From Gemmatimonadales bacterium (GTDB taxonomy: Bacteria > Gemmatimonadota > Gemmatimonadetes > Gemmatimonadales > GWC2-71-9), in NCBI GenBank assembly GCA_046757925.1, contig JBHHZE010000002.1, forward strand, positions 11,117-75,116: a stretch of 64,000 nt of DNA, in the 5' to 3' direction. This document shows, one piece after another, positions 1 to 10,600 of this stretch. Both the position numbers and the translations under genes were made by a program. The notes below the pieces were generated by a model, which saw only the letters and a list, made by a program, of their open reading frames with translations, had not been told where the DNA came from and did no database searches. The first letter of the stretch is position 1. Each line of letters starts with the position of its first letter.

Positions 1-633
1 GATTGCCCGATCGTGCCGAGGATCGCCGGTGACGGCAATTGCGCTCTCCGGCACCCCCATGCTCCGCCAGCGCCCGGCATCGTCGTTTGACACCGCACCG
101 AGCCACGTGATGCGCTCCAGCGGCAATCGGACGAAGCTGCTGGAACGCCATGTCCAGCGACGGCTGGTGGTTCGGATCTCGGCTCCGATTACGGCGATCG
201 GCACACCCTTTTGAGCGGCCTGGATAGTGAGTTCTGGCCAGAGGTCCCCGCGCGAATAGACCAGGATCGCTGGTTTCAGCGCCCCCAACACATCCGCGGT
301 TGGACCGGGTTCATCCAGCGGAATGTAGTCGGATCGGTCCGCCCCAAAGCATCCGGGCCACTCCGCCGCGGATGGTGACGAATAAGTGTGTACTGTCTGG
401 ATACTCGGCAGCGAGCGGCGGATTCGTTGGAGCACGGGTACCGCCGTCAAGCCCTCGCCGACAGATGCCCCGTGAACCCAAATCAGGGGCCCGTCCGTAC
501 GATGGTGTGAAGACCACTCGAGCCATTGCGGAGTAGCCCGCCGCCGTCCCACCACGCTCGTGGCCAACTTGCCGGAGGGAAGCGGAACCCTATGGAGGAC
601 TCGGGCCGCACAGCGATAGGCGAAATTGACCAT
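1..633 (-). CDS. waaA: 3-deoxy-D-manno-octulosonic acid (Kdo) transferase, N-terminal part. The ORF runs off the left edge, so it is absent from the ORF track.
   Basis: My own reverse-strand translation starts at ATG (complement of cat 631-633): MVNFAYRCAARVLHRVPLPSGKLATSVVGRRRATPQWLEWSSHHRTDGPLIWVHGASVGEGLTAVPVLQRIRR...DYIPLDEPGPTADVLGALKPAILVYSRGDLWPELTIQAAQKGVPIAVIGAEI... A ~60-aa leader followed by WVHGASVGE matches the WaaA/KdtA N-terminal signature (E. coli has ...HSVSVGE at the same distance). The frame stays open to position 1. Confidence 0.7.
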   Translation of the reverse strand, partial: MVNFAYRCAARVLHRVPLPSGKLATSVVGRRRATPQWLEWSSHHRTDGPLIWVHGASVGEGLTAVPVLQRIRRSLPSIQTVHTYSSPSAAEWPGCFGADRSDYIPLDEPGPTADVLGALKPAILVYSRGDLWPELTIQAAQKGVPIAVIGAEIRTTSRRWTWRSSSFVRLPLERITWLGAVSNDDAGRWRSMGVPESAIAVTGDPRHDRAI

Positions 634-657
634 ACCGAATGTTATAGATTTGATCTG

Positions 658-1401
658 ATGTCGCTACGACGATACTTCAAGGCAACCAGAGAACCGCGTT
701 ACAGCATCGTCTTCGCGGTACCGCTTCTGTTGCTCTACGAGGTTCTTGCGGTGGCCTCGTCGCATTCGGCGTTCGCCGGCGTTCGCAACGGGGCCGACGT
801 TCTGCTGAAGACACTGTTTGTTTCGCTGGGCGGGAGAAACGGACTACTCGCGTTCGACCTGCTGTTGTTGGGCGTGGGTGGTTGGTTCGTGTGGCGCGAT
901 AGGAGACACAACGGAGGCGGTGTCGACTCCCGTGTCTTCGCAGGAATGCTTGCCGAAAGCGTGTTTTACGCAGCGGTTTTGGGGAGCACGGTGTCGCTTC
1001 TCACCGCGTGGTTCCTGGGAGGGCCACTCTACATATTGCAGGCCGGCTCGGCCCAGATATCCTTGGGATCGCAACTGATAGTCTCCTTGGGTGCGGGAAT
1101 CTATGAGGAGTTGCTGTTTCGGGTATTACTGGTGGGTGCGCTGGTAGCCGTGGGCACCCGCTTGAACTGGAGCCGTCCGGTATCGGTTGCCGTTGCCGTG
1201 CTCGGCAGTGCCCTGATCTTCAGTGGGTTTCACTATGTAGGGTCACTGGGCGATCAATTCACGGTTCCATCGTTCACCTACCGAGCGATCGCGGGAATTC
1301 TCCTGAGCGGTCTCTACGTGGCGCGAGGGTTTGGGATCACCGCCTGGAGTCACGCGCTGTACGACATCGGGCTAACCTTACTCATTTCCCCTTCGTCTTA
1401 G
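658..1401 (+). CDS. CPBP-family (CAAX-type) intramembrane metalloprotease
   Basis: Polytopic membrane protein with EELLFRVLL (EExxxR) and FSGFHY (FxxxH) motifs. I moved the start from 526 to ATG 658 (MSLRRYFK...) because 526-633 overlaps the divergent waaA 5' end. Confidence 0.7.
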   Translation: MSLRRYFKATREPRYSIVFAVPLLLLYEVLAVASSHSAFAGVRNGADVLLKTLFVSLGGRNGLLAFDLLLLGVGGWFVWRDRRHNGGGVDSRVFAGMLAESVFYAAVLGSTVSLLTAWFLGGPLYILQAGSAQISLGSQLIVSLGAGIYEELLFRVLLVGALVAVGTRLNWSRPVSVAVAVLGSALIFSGFHYVGSLGDQFTVPSFTYRAIAGILLSGLYVARGFGITAWSHALYDIGLTLLISPSS

Positions 1402-2068
1402 CCAAGAACAGCGAATCCAGAATCGGACGCCAGGCGTCGATTGGCGCAGCACCCTTGAGTAGTCCGCCCTCGACGATAAAGGACGGGGTGCTGGTCACGC
1501 CACTTCGTGCAATCGCCTGAGCTTCTTGGGTGACGAGCCAGCGTTGTGCACCGGAGTCTACACAAGCATTCACGGAATCTCGATCGAGATGTGCCGAATC
1601 TGCCAGAGCCATAAAAAAGTCCCGCGGTCGATCTAGCTTCTCCCACGCTGTCTGATGGTCGTACAGCAGGTCGTGGATCGGCCAGAACCGGTCTTGTGAG
1701 GCCGCGCACATGGCGAACTCGTGGGCCGCAGCGGCATTCTGGTGGATTTGAGGGATCGGGAAGTTGAGAAATATGATGCGTGCCTTACCGGTCTGCACAT
1801 ATTCCTGCTTGATCTTGGGCAGCGTGTTCTGCCAGAACTCGCGGCAATAGGGGCATTGGAAGTCACTCGCCTCGTAGATCGTGATGGGAGCCTTCGGGTC
1901 ACCCAGAGTGCGCTGATCTATCAGCGGATCCGGTTGGCCTTGCAAGGGTGTTGCCGATTGCTCCGCCGCCGGCCGTTGCTCGCTCGGACGGGCCGCGATG
2001 GCCCAGCCGGTTCCCACGGCCGCCACTAGCACCACTCCGACACTCTGAAGGAGTCTCTTCTTATTCAC
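1382..2068 (-). CDS. DsbA-family thiol:disulfide oxidoreductase (thioredoxin fold), exported or membrane-anchored
   Basis: N-terminal hydrophobic segment LLQSVGVVLVAAVGTGWAIAA and a CPYC active-site motif in a DsbA-like context (ASDFQCPYCREFW). Confidence 0.8.
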   Translation of the reverse strand: MNKKRLLQSVGVVLVAAVGTGWAIAARPSEQRPAAEQSATPLQGQPDPLIDQRTLGDPKAPITIYEASDFQCPYCREFWQNTLPKIKQEYVQTGKARIIFLNFPIPQIHQNAAAAHEFAMCAASQDRFWPIHDLLYDHQTAWEKLDRPRDFFMALADSAHLDRDSVNACVDSGAQRWLVTQEAQAIARSGVTSTPSFIVEGGLLKGAAPIDAWRPILDSLFLAKTKGK

Positions 2069-2100
2069 GGGTTCTCACACTCCTATCGGCCGGCGTTGGG

Positions 2101-2823
2101 TCAATGTCTCCAGCTGGTACCCACATTCCCAATGTACAACGATATCACTGTCGGTCCTATGCTGCGCAGCACCACGGGTACGTTCCAGTAGTATTCCCAG
2201 AACGGATTGTTTCGCTGTGGGTAACTGGCACTGAACCACCACTTACCCGGCGATAGACGCATCCGTGCGGTTCCCGAACTGTCGGTCACGTTCCTTGACC
2301 ATCCTCGACCGGCGCGGGCGGAAGCGGAATCCGCGATCTGCGGTAACCCTGCGAATGCCTTCTTTTCCCAGGCTCTGATGCGATCCGCGGCTGCAGCCGC
2401 CCGCACGGCGAGTTCGTGGTCGTCGCCGATCTGCTTGCGGAACGCCCGGTCGCGGTCCGCTGCACGCCGTGCTAGGTCGCGGTATTTCTGTCTGAGCCGA
2501 CTGTACGCGGCGGCGTACCCCGGTGCCCCGTTCGGCACCAGACGCAACGAATCGGCCAGCTGCATGACGCTGTGTCGAGTCTCGCGCCAGGCAGCGCCCA
2601 GGGCGTCTAGTTGATGCTCCTCCGGCTTCCTATACGATTCCAACTCGACCATAAGTTCCGGAAAGCTGGGCCTTGCGACTTCGGCTGCAAGTGTCAATGA
2701 ATCGTACAGTTGCTGAAGATCGAACGGGACCGCTGTCACCTCGATCCCCACCAGAGGCATTCCATCTTCACTAAATGCGCGGATCGCCACGGAGGTTTCC
2801 GTCGGATTGCACCCGGATGTCAT
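2101..2823 (-). CDS. hypothetical protein (beta-rich ends flanking an Arg/Ala-rich helical middle)
   Basis: 240-aa ORF co-oriented with the flanking minus-strand genes and with coding-like composition. I recognise no family. Confidence 0.45.
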   Translation of the reverse strand: MTSGCNPTETSVAIRAFSEDGMPLVGIEVTAVPFDLQQLYDSLTLAAEVARPSFPELMVELESYRKPEEHQLDALGAAWRETRHSVMQLADSLRLVPNGAPGYAAAYSRLRQKYRDLARRAADRDRAFRKQIGDDHELAVRAAAAADRIRAWEKKAFAGLPQIADSASARAGRGWSRNVTDSSGTARMRLSPGKWWFSASYPQRNNPFWEYYWNVPVVLRSIGPTVISLYIGNVGTSWRH

Positions 2824-2908
2824 TGTGCCGATGGCCGACAGATAGCATACGGTAGGTACCAGACGGATTATCCTACCCGGGTTGGTGTGCAGGGAGTGCG
2901 AGCTTGGG

Positions 2909-2928
2909 GCGCTCGGATGCTCGAGCGC
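2909..2928 (-). terminator. GC-rich hairpin just downstream of the M23 peptidase stop (possible intrinsic terminator or attenuator without a U-tract)
   Basis: Perfect 7-bp inverted repeat GCGCTCG (2909-2915) / CGAGCGC (2922-2928) with a 6-nt loop. It starts 12 nt after the stop codon at 2940-2942. Confidence 0.3.
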
Positions 2929-2939
2929 TACATCGTTGG

Positions 2940-3866
2940 TCAGTCTACAATCGTCCGGAATATATACTTGAGCGGATCCTGCGGGCGGCCGTTCAGCAGA
3001 ACCTCATAGTGAAGGTGCGGCGCCGTAGCGGTCCCGCTCTTTCCTACCAGTGCAATCTTGTCACCGCGCGATACCTGCTGGCCAGTTCGCACCAACGACT
3101 TGTCGCAGTGAGCGTACCTGGTTACCAACCCATGACCATGATCGATGACAACCATCAACCCGTATCCGCTATTGCGGAAAACGCTCTTGACCGTACCGGC
3201 AGCGGCGGCCAGAATCGGTGTCCCGATGGCGGCAGCGATATCGATTCCTTCGTGCGGCCGATCCTCGTGGTAGATGGGATGCATGCGTTGCTGGGAAAAC
3301 AGGCTCGTCTGCCAGCCTTTGGTAGGTCTTATGGAGGGCGTTCGCTTCATGAGATCCACGTGGCGCTGCAGGCTGTCGGCTGCGGCGTCGAACGAGTTCG
3401 CCAGTAGGTTCGCCCGCCTGATGAGGGTTGCCAGGTCTGTGCGCATCGCCAACGTGCGGCGTCCGTTAACGCTCTCCGACAGGATCTGCTCGTCGTCGGT
3501 CCATTTTCCAATCGGTCCGCCGATACCCGCCTGTTGGACCTCGGGGTCGGTGGGCTCGAGACCAGCGAGCAAGCGCACCTTGAGATCTTGTCGCGAGATG
3601 GCGTCGATCGTGTCCCTTACAGTAGATAGAAGTGCTTGGGTTCGGTCGAGTTCCTGGGTGAGCAGCTGGTTCCGACGCTGCATCCTGTCGAGTTGCGATA
3701 AGGCGATGGCTTTGGAGATTGCGGTGTAACCCAATCCGAGCGCCGCGATGGAGAGCACGGCCGCAGCTCCCAATGCCACCCTAAGAGCGACCAGTGGGAA
3801 GCTCAACGATATGGATCTACCCGCCGCGGGCGGTACCACCACGATTGTCCAACGTCTTGCTGGCAT
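2940..3866 (-). CDS. M23-family metalloendopeptidase with N-terminal membrane anchor and coiled coil
   Basis: HEGIDIAA, DHGHGLVTRYAHC and GTATAPHLHYEV motifs (the HxxxD ... HxH pattern of LytM/M23). TM segment LRVALGAAAVLSIAALGLGY. Confidence 0.85.
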   Translation of the reverse strand: MPARRWTIVVVPPAAGRSISLSFPLVALRVALGAAAVLSIAALGLGYTAISKAIALSQLDRMQRRNQLLTQELDRTQALLSTVRDTIDAISRQDLKVRLLAGLEPTDPEVQQAGIGGPIGKWTDDEQILSESVNGRRTLAMRTDLATLIRRANLLANSFDAAADSLQRHVDLMKRTPSIRPTKGWQTSLFSQQRMHPIYHEDRPHEGIDIAAAIGTPILAAAAGTVKSVFRNSGYGLMVVIDHGHGLVTRYAHCDKSLVRTGQQVSRGDKIALVGKSGTATAPHLHYEVLLNGRPQDPLKYIFRTIVD

Positions 3867-4125
3867 CAGTAGTTTTTCTCGCTTCTCAACTTAGCAGCCG
3901 AGTCGGTGAGAGACGGCGCGAACCTAGCTCCAGCGGAGCGCGGTTGCCGTGATCTATCTCACGGGACGACGGGCTGTGGCCAAAATAAGCCAAAGCATGT
4001 TCTCGACAAGCCGGATCGAGAAAGATGATCTCTCGGCGGGCAGAAAATAGACCCCATGGAAGGGCTCTGTCAAGATTGTCGGCACCGTCTGGTCATTAGC
4101 CCCTAACTTATTGTCAGACAAGCTG

Positions 4126-5661
4126 TTACCGTGTATTTCGGCTGGGTTTGGGGAACAGAGGTGACAGCTTCTCACCGATCACGCCCGCTACCTGGGGTGC
4201 CTCAACTGCCTCCCATTTGGCTGCCTCGATCTCGCCCGTCCGTCCGAGTGCCTGCCAGACGAGTTGGGTCTTGTTGGGCATGAACGGCCAAGCCATGACC
4301 GTGATGCGACTCAGGGCCCGGGCTAGAGACGCCATCACGATCCGCAACTCGTCGTGTCTTTCTTGTTTTGCGAGTGTCCACGGAGCGCTTTCTTCAACGA
4401 ATTGGTTAGCACGTGACACGAGTAGCCATGCAGCGGTACTTGCTTCATGCAGGAGATGAGCGTCCATGGCGTCGCGATATTGGGCGACGAGCTCGTCTCC
4501 CGTCCTATCCAGCCGGGTTTCGTCGCCACCGGCCGGTATGTGCCCTCCGAGGTAGCGGTCTATCATCGCCAAGATACGGCTGGCTAGGTTGCCGTACCCG
4601 TCGGCCAACTCGGAGGTGTAGCGGGTGTCGAACCGCTCCCAGGTGAAATTACCGTCGGCGTCCCAAGGGATTTCGCGCAACAGGAAGTAACGCAGAGCAT
4701 CCGGTCCGTGTCGGTCAATCGCGTCTCTCAATGTGAGAGTGACTCCGGTGCTCTTGGAGAAACGTGCCCCCGAAGTGTTGATCCAGCCGTGGCACCAGAC
4801 GCAGCGGGGGATTGGAATATTGGCTGCCATGAGCATGGCGGGCCAGATAGCCGCGTGAAATCGGAGAATGTCGGGCCCGATGATGTGAACGTCAGCCGGC
4901 CACATTTCTTCGTACCCAGCGTCCGGGAATCCGGTGGCTGTCAGATAGTTTATCACCGCCTCGAACCACACGTAGATCACGTGCTCATTATCGCCTGGCC
5001 AGGGAATACCCCATGGCACTCGCGCGCGGCTGGCGGACATCCCGTAGTCGTCATCCCATTCGGCAACTACGTTGCGGATTTCGTTGAATTTCGAGACCGG
5101 TCTGACGAAGTCCCGGCCATCCTCATAGTTAGCCTTGTAGAATTCCAACAGGCGATTGCGAAACGATCCAAGCTTGAAGAAGTAATTAGGTTCTTCCAGC
5201 CAGCTGATTTCTCTCGTGGGATGGAGTGGACAACTTCCGTCTACCAAGTCCTTGTCCTGCTTAAAGGATTCGCAGCCAACGCAGTAATACCCACTGTAAG
5301 TGCCTCGGCTTATGAATCCCGCGTCCTGGATCCGGCCGAGCAGTTCTTGTGCGGATCGCCTGTGACGTGCCTCGGTGGTGCGAATGAAATCCGTGTTGCT
5401 GATTGACAGTTCAGTCCAGGTGGCGCGGAACTTCTCGGCTATTGCATCGACCCACTCGTATGGATCTACATCGGTTTCCTCGGCAGTTTGGGCGACTTTT
5501 TGGCCGTGTTCGTCCATCCCGATAACGAAATGGACTTGCTGGCCCCGGAGTCTCCGGTATCTCGCGATGCAGTCTGCTCCGATCTTCTCGTAGGCATGTC
5601 CCAGATGGGGTTCGCCGTTGGAGTAGTCTATTGCCGTCGTGATGTAAAACTTGTTCGACAC
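4126..5661 (-). CDS. metG: methionine--tRNA ligase
   Basis: Class I signatures PHLGHAYEKI (HIGH) and RFSKSTG (KMSKS), plus a zinc-knuckle region CVGCESF...CPLH. The GTG start overlaps the upstream stop by 1 nt (TAGTG). Confidence 0.95.
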   Translation of the reverse strand: MSNKFYITTAIDYSNGEPHLGHAYEKIGADCIARYRRLRGQQVHFVIGMDEHGQKVAQTAEETDVDPYEWVDAIAEKFRATWTELSISNTDFIRTTEARHRRSAQELLGRIQDAGFISRGTYSGYYCVGCESFKQDKDLVDGSCPLHPTREISWLEEPNYFFKLGSFRNRLLEFYKANYEDGRDFVRPVSKFNEIRNVVAEWDDDYGMSASRARVPWGIPWPGDNEHVIYVWFEAVINYLTATGFPDAGYEEMWPADVHIIGPDILRFHAAIWPAMLMAANIPIPRCVWCHGWINTSGARFSKSTGVTLTLRDAIDRHGPDALRYFLLREIPWDADGNFTWERFDTRYTSELADGYGNLASRILAMIDRYLGGHIPAGGDETRLDRTGDELVAQYRDAMDAHLLHEASTAAWLLVSRANQFVEESAPWTLAKQERHDELRIVMASLARALSRITVMAWPFMPNKTQLVWQALGRTGEIEAAKWEAVEAPQVAGVIGEKLSPLFPKPSRNTR

Positions 5662-6713
5662 TATTCTTTGGACTCGTCGGGTGTTCGATCCTCAGACTCC
5701 GGGGATGAAGGACCTTCCGGTTTCCGCGTACGGCGCCGTCTGCGCCGCCGCCGCCGCCGCTTTCTGGGAGTAACGGCATCAATGGCTTGTTCGGTGGTGA
5801 GTCGTTCCTGGCCCTCGTCAAAGGTGATCAGATCGGCGGGGGGCTTGGCCGGAGCATCCGTGGGCGCGGCTTCGGCAGCCGAAACCTCGGCTTTCAGTTC
5901 GGGGAGCGAAAGTGAACGAAGTGACCCGTCTTGTGTTCGCAGCAATACCATTTCGCGGAAGATATCGACGGCAACCACTGTTTCCTTGCCTTGTGGAGTC
6001 CTTACCGCACGGCCTTCCTTTGGAAAGCGTTTGCGGCTCGATACATAGAACTCGTGTTCGTATCGCAGACAACAGAGAAGCCTGCCACAACCTCCGGAGA
6101 TCTGCGATGGGTTGAGCGACAGTCGCTGATCCTTGGCCAGCGATAGACTTACTGGCTTTAGCTCGGGAAGCCACGACGAGCAGCAGTATTGCCGTCCACA
6201 CCTGCCAAGTCCGTCGAGCCGCTTGGCCTCATCGCGGGCACCTATCTGTCGCAGGTCTATCCTGGTGCGAAACAACCCCGCGAGATCTCGCACCAACGCA
6301 CGAAAGTCGACTCTCTTGTCGGCCGTGAAGTAGATCGTCAGTTTCTTTCTGTCCCACTGCCATTCTGCATCGCAGATCTTCATTACGAGATTGTGCGTTT
6401 TCACTCGCTCTATCACAGTGCGGCGAACATCGTTCTCGGCCTTGCGAAGTTCGTCGCTCAGGTGGCTGTCCTCATCGCTCGCCTGTCGAATGATTTCGCC
6501 GCTGACATCCTGGGACTCGGCCAAGGCACACCCCGTACATCCCCCACCGCATTTCTGTAGAGCCTTCTCACCTACTGCAGATACTCTACCGAAATCACGT
6601 CCACGCTCGACCCCAACTACTACGGGATCCCCAACCGTCAGCGCAGTTTCTTCGCCGGAGGTGAAGAACTCCCTGCGGTTGCCCTTGAAGCGGACCTCGA
6701 CTAACTCGGGCAA
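5661..6713 (-). CDS. PSP1-domain protein (RicT/YaaT-like) with an Arg-rich C-terminal tail
   Basis: PSP1 hallmark GGCGRLLCCLRYEHEFY and the overall YaaT-like layout. The C-terminus carries a run of about 10 Arg. Confidence 0.8.
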   Translation of the reverse strand: MPELVEVRFKGNRREFFTSGEETALTVGDPVVVGVERGRDFGRVSAVGEKALQKCGGGCTGCALAESQDVSGEIIRQASDEDSHLSDELRKAENDVRRTVIERVKTHNLVMKICDAEWQWDRKKLTIYFTADKRVDFRALVRDLAGLFRTRIDLRQIGARDEAKRLDGLGRCGRQYCCSSWLPELKPVSLSLAKDQRLSLNPSQISGGCGRLLCCLRYEHEFYVSSRKRFPKEGRAVRTPQGKETVVAVDIFREMVLLRTQDGSLRSLSLPELKAEVSAAEAAPTDAPAKPPADLITFDEGQERLTTEQAIDAVTPRKRRRRRRRRRRTRKPEGPSSPESEDRTPDESKE

Positions 6714-7676
6714 CTACGCCTCCCGGAACTTTCCCATGTTCAAATATTTCTCGACCCGTAGCTTCACCAATCTGTCCAGTTTGATCTCCCGGAGTTGCTG
6801 CAAGTTGGTCACCAGGGCTGCCTTCAGCGTTTCGGCGGCTCTCGCCGGATCCGCATGCGCCCCTCCAGCCGGCTCTGCTATGACCTCGTCGATTACACCT
6901 AACTCCAGCAGATCTTTGGTGGTCAGTTTCAATGCTTGAGCGGCTCGTTCCTTCTGGCTGGAGTCTTCCCACAGGATCGCGGCGCATCCTTCAGGCGAGA
7001 TAACTGAGTACACGGCGTTTTCCAGCATCAGAATTCGGTCGGACAAGCCCAGCGCTAGGGCGCCTCCCGATCCTCCTTCACCGGTAACGACGGATATGAT
7101 CGGTGTCTTGAGCGTAGCCATCGTCTCGAGGTTGCGGGCGATTGCCTCCGCCTGACCCCTTTCCTCAGCGCCGAGACCCGGGTAGGCCCCAGGAGTATCT
7201 ATCAGCGTGATTATCGGGGCTTCAAAGCGCTCGGCTTGTTGCATCAGACGCAGGGCCTTGCGGTAGCCTTCCGGATGGGGCATTCCAAAGTTGCGCCTCA
7301 GGTTCTCTTTGGTATTTCGGCCCTTTTGGTGCCCCATAACCATCACTGGCCGTCCGTCGAGCCGCGCCCAGCCACCGATGATTGCCGGGTCATTCTTGTA
7401 CAGCCTGTCACCGTTCAGCTCGATGAAGTCACTGAACACGGCCTTGATGTAGTCGAGTGTGTACGGCCTGTTTGGGTGACGTGCCACTTGCACTCGCTGC
7501 ATTGGCGTCAATTGTTCGTAGATGTCACGCCTCAATTCAGAAAGTTTGACCTCGAGGGGTGCTATCTCCTCATCCACGTCGAGTTGCTGATCTCTGGCAA
7601 GACGCTTTAGATGGGCGATCTGACGCTCCAGCTCTACAATCGGTTTCTCAAATTCTATGCTCAGGGGTGCGGACAT
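6714..7676 (-). CDS. accA: acetyl-CoA carboxylase carboxyltransferase subunit alpha
   Basis: Full-length AccA-like sequence (HPNRPYTLDY, GHQKGRNTKE, TPGAYPG, GEGGSGGALALG). Confidence 0.95.
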   Translation of the reverse strand: MSAPLSIEFEKPIVELERQIAHLKRLARDQQLDVDEEIAPLEVKLSELRRDIYEQLTPMQRVQVARHPNRPYTLDYIKAVFSDFIELNGDRLYKNDPAIIGGWARLDGRPVMVMGHQKGRNTKENLRRNFGMPHPEGYRKALRLMQQAERFEAPIITLIDTPGAYPGLGAEERGQAEAIARNLETMATLKTPIISVVTGEGGSGGALALGLSDRILMLENAVYSVISPEGCAAILWEDSSQKERAAQALKLTTKDLLELGVIDEVIAEPAGGAHADPARAAETLKAALVTNLQQLREIKLDRLVKLRVEKYLNMGKFREA

Positions 7677-7683
7677 GTGATAC

Positions 7684-10600
7684 CTATTTCGCTTTGACCA
7701 GTCTAACCCGATCCGGCCCCACGAGTTCGCGAAGAGCGTTCAAGAAGTCGTCGTCCAACTGTACACTAACTCGCCGGGAGCGGAACCGCGCGGTGGTTCC
7801 GTTGTCGGGAGCCCTCCATTCCACGAAGACCGGAGCTGGCCCGGGATGTGCCGAGCACAGCGCCACGATGCCGTTGGCCACATCGGCTATGTCTCCGTCG
7901 GGGTCCTTGTAGATCAGCTCGAGTCCCATGGCGCCCGATCGACGCAACCCGTCCAGGGGCTCTGCACCTTCGACAATGAATGGAGCCTTGTCTTCGCCCC
8001 GGTCCCGTGCGCTGTAGGTGCCGGTGAGCAACAATGCTGAGTCGGGTTGAATGATGTCGGAAAGTCTGCTCCATGCGTCAGGAAAAACCAAGGCTTCAGC
8101 CGTGCCGTGAAAATCCTCCACTGTAAGGCGCGCGTACTCGGAGCCGGTCTTGCGGCTTATCCTGCGCTTGACCGCGATAACCACAACCCCAGCAGACACC
8201 TGGTGCTCGCTCCATGTGCCGAGCGTAGCCGTCGTACGTGAGCCGAACAGCTGTACCTCGTGTCGGAACCGTTCCAGCGGGTGGCCCGAAATGAAGAATC
8301 CGAGCACAGCCTTTTCCTTGGCAAGTCGCTCTGCCTCAGTCCAAGCCGGCACATCGGGCAGCGTCTTGGAGGTAGGTCCTGATACTTCCTCCGGACGATC
8401 GCCGAAAAGATTCTCTTGGCCGGTGTCTCGCTCCATCTGTCGGAGTTGGGCCTCAGCAAACGCGGGCTCGATGGCGGCAGCAAGCTGCGCCCTGTGGGTA
8501 CCGAGGTGATCGAGAGCTCCGGCAGCTATGAGTGACTCCAACACCCTCTTGTTGCACAGTCGCAAGTCCACTCTCTCGCAGAACTCCGCCAAGCTCTGGT
8601 GCTGACCCCACCTCTCCCGGGCGGCTATGATCGACTCGATCGCGCCACGTCCCACATTCCGGACGGCGCCCAGCCCGAATCGGATGTCGCAGTCTCCGGT
8701 GACAGTGAATTTCAGTCCCGATTCATCGACCGATGGTGGTAGGACTTCCAGTCCCAGGTCACGTGCCTCGTTTATGTACGAGACGACCTTGCCCGTATCC
8801 CCGATCTCTGACGACAGGAGTGCGGCCATGAACTCAGCCGGATAATGAGCTTTGAGCCACGCGGTTCGGAACGAGATAATGCTGTATGCCACAGAGTGCG
8901 ATTTGTTGAATCCATAGCGTCCAAATGTCTTGATCTGTGCAGCAATGTCTTCGATCGCTCTCCGGGTGTGGCCACGCTCCACGCAGCGCTCCACGAATCG
9001 AAGCAGTTCTCGCTCGATCAGTACAGCATCCTTCTTACCTACCGCCTTTCTCAAGACGTCCGCTTCAGCCAGTGTGAATCCCGCAAGCACGTGGGCGATA
9101 CGCATCACTTGTTCTTGGTACAGAATGACGCCGTATGTGGGTTTCAGGATCTCTTCGAGCGCCGGATGAGGGTAGCGAACCGCTTCCTCTCCACGCTTCC
9201 GTCTGATGTACACTTGGTGCATGCCGGAATCCAGCGGGCCCGGTCTGACCAACGCGTTGGTTGCCACGAGATCGTCGAATCTGTCGGTCTGGAGTTGCCG
9301 CAAGATGTCTGTTCCTAGTGGCGACTCGAATTGGAACATCCCTGCAGTACGACCTTCCCGCAACATTTCGTAGACCTTGGGATCATCGAGATCTATTTCG
9401 TCGAAATCGACCTCCACTCCATGGCGCTGGTGGATCATCTCCACCGCATCCTGGATGACCGTCAGAGTCTTGAGCCCGAGAAAGTCTATCTTCAACATGC
9501 CAATCTTTTCCAGACTGACCATGTCGAATTGAGTGATCAGAGTGTCTTTACCATTGGCCCCCGAATTGCCGCTGCGCTGAGGTTGAGTGCAGACCGGCAC
9601 ATACTCCTGGAGCGGTCCCGGGGCGATTACTATCCCTGCAGCGTGTACCGATGCGTGTCTCGATAAACCTTCGACGCGCTCGGCCAGGTACAAGAGGCGC
9701 CCTATGGTATCGTTCTCCTGCGACAGCTCTTGGATTTCGGGAACCTTCTGCGAGGCCTCGGCCACTGAAAGAGAGTAGGCCGGCCCTGTGGGTATGAGCT
9801 TTGCAATCTTGTCGGCATCGGTGGCACTCACGCGCAAGACCCTCGCAATGTCACGGATCGCTGCACGAGCTTTCATCGTCCCGAACGTAATGATCTGACC
9901 GACGCTCTCCCTACCGTAGCGCTCACGTACGTACTCGATAACCTCCCACCGCCGCTCAAAACAGAAATCCACGTCGATGTCCGGCATCGAAACCCGGTCG
10001 GGATTGAGAAACCTTTCGAATAGAAGATCGAACTCCAGCGGGTCGACGTCGGTTATCCGCAAGGCGTAAGCGACCAACGAACCGGCAGCTGAACCACGAC
10101 CCGGTCCCACAGGGATTCCGCGCTCACGGGCAGCTTTTATGAAATCGTGGACAATCAGGAAGTAACCGGAATAACCCAATCGGGTTATAGTTTCCAGCTC
10201 GTAGTCGAGCCGCCGCCGCACCTCTGGTGTGAGAGGTTTGCAGTAGCGGTCCTCCGCCCCCCGGATGGCGAGTTCGATGAGAAGATCATCTTCCGACTTG
10301 GACTCTGCGGGGCGGGGGAATTCCGGAACAAAGTACCGCTTTTCAAAATCGAACTCGCACAAGTCGGCGACGTGCTGCGTATTCTCCAGGATATCCGGAC
10401 GATCGGGAAACAGCTCGGCCATTTCCGCTTCCGACTTGACGTAGCTTTCCTGGCCGTAGAACCGGAACCGCTTCGGGTCATCCAGATCCTTGCCGGTTCC
10501 GATGGCCAGCAGGCAGTCGTGGGCTTCGTGGTCGGCTCGTTCCAGGTAGTGCGCGTCGTTGGTTGCCACGATAGGCAAGCCAAGCTCTTCACCCAGTTGG

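Noticed and set aside
526-657. Upstream extension of the CPBP protease ORF (track start 526), and the resulting head-to-head overlap with waaA.
   Set aside because: The waaA N-terminus (start 633) is supported by the conserved ~60-aa distance to the SVGE motif. Residues encoded by 526-657 of the + ORF are Pro/Ser/Arg-rich and non-membrane. This leaves only 24 bp between the divergent starts, so one start may still be wrong, and I cannot resolve it from sequence alone.
3954-4175. 73-aa minus-strand ORF in the metG-M23 spacer, overlapping the metG 3' end.
   Set aside because: There is no SD, the composition is odd, and it overlaps the metG stop region. The 259-nt spacer more likely holds the M23 peptidase promoter. 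The short TTGTC-A-GACAA palindrome near 4106-4116 is too short to call.
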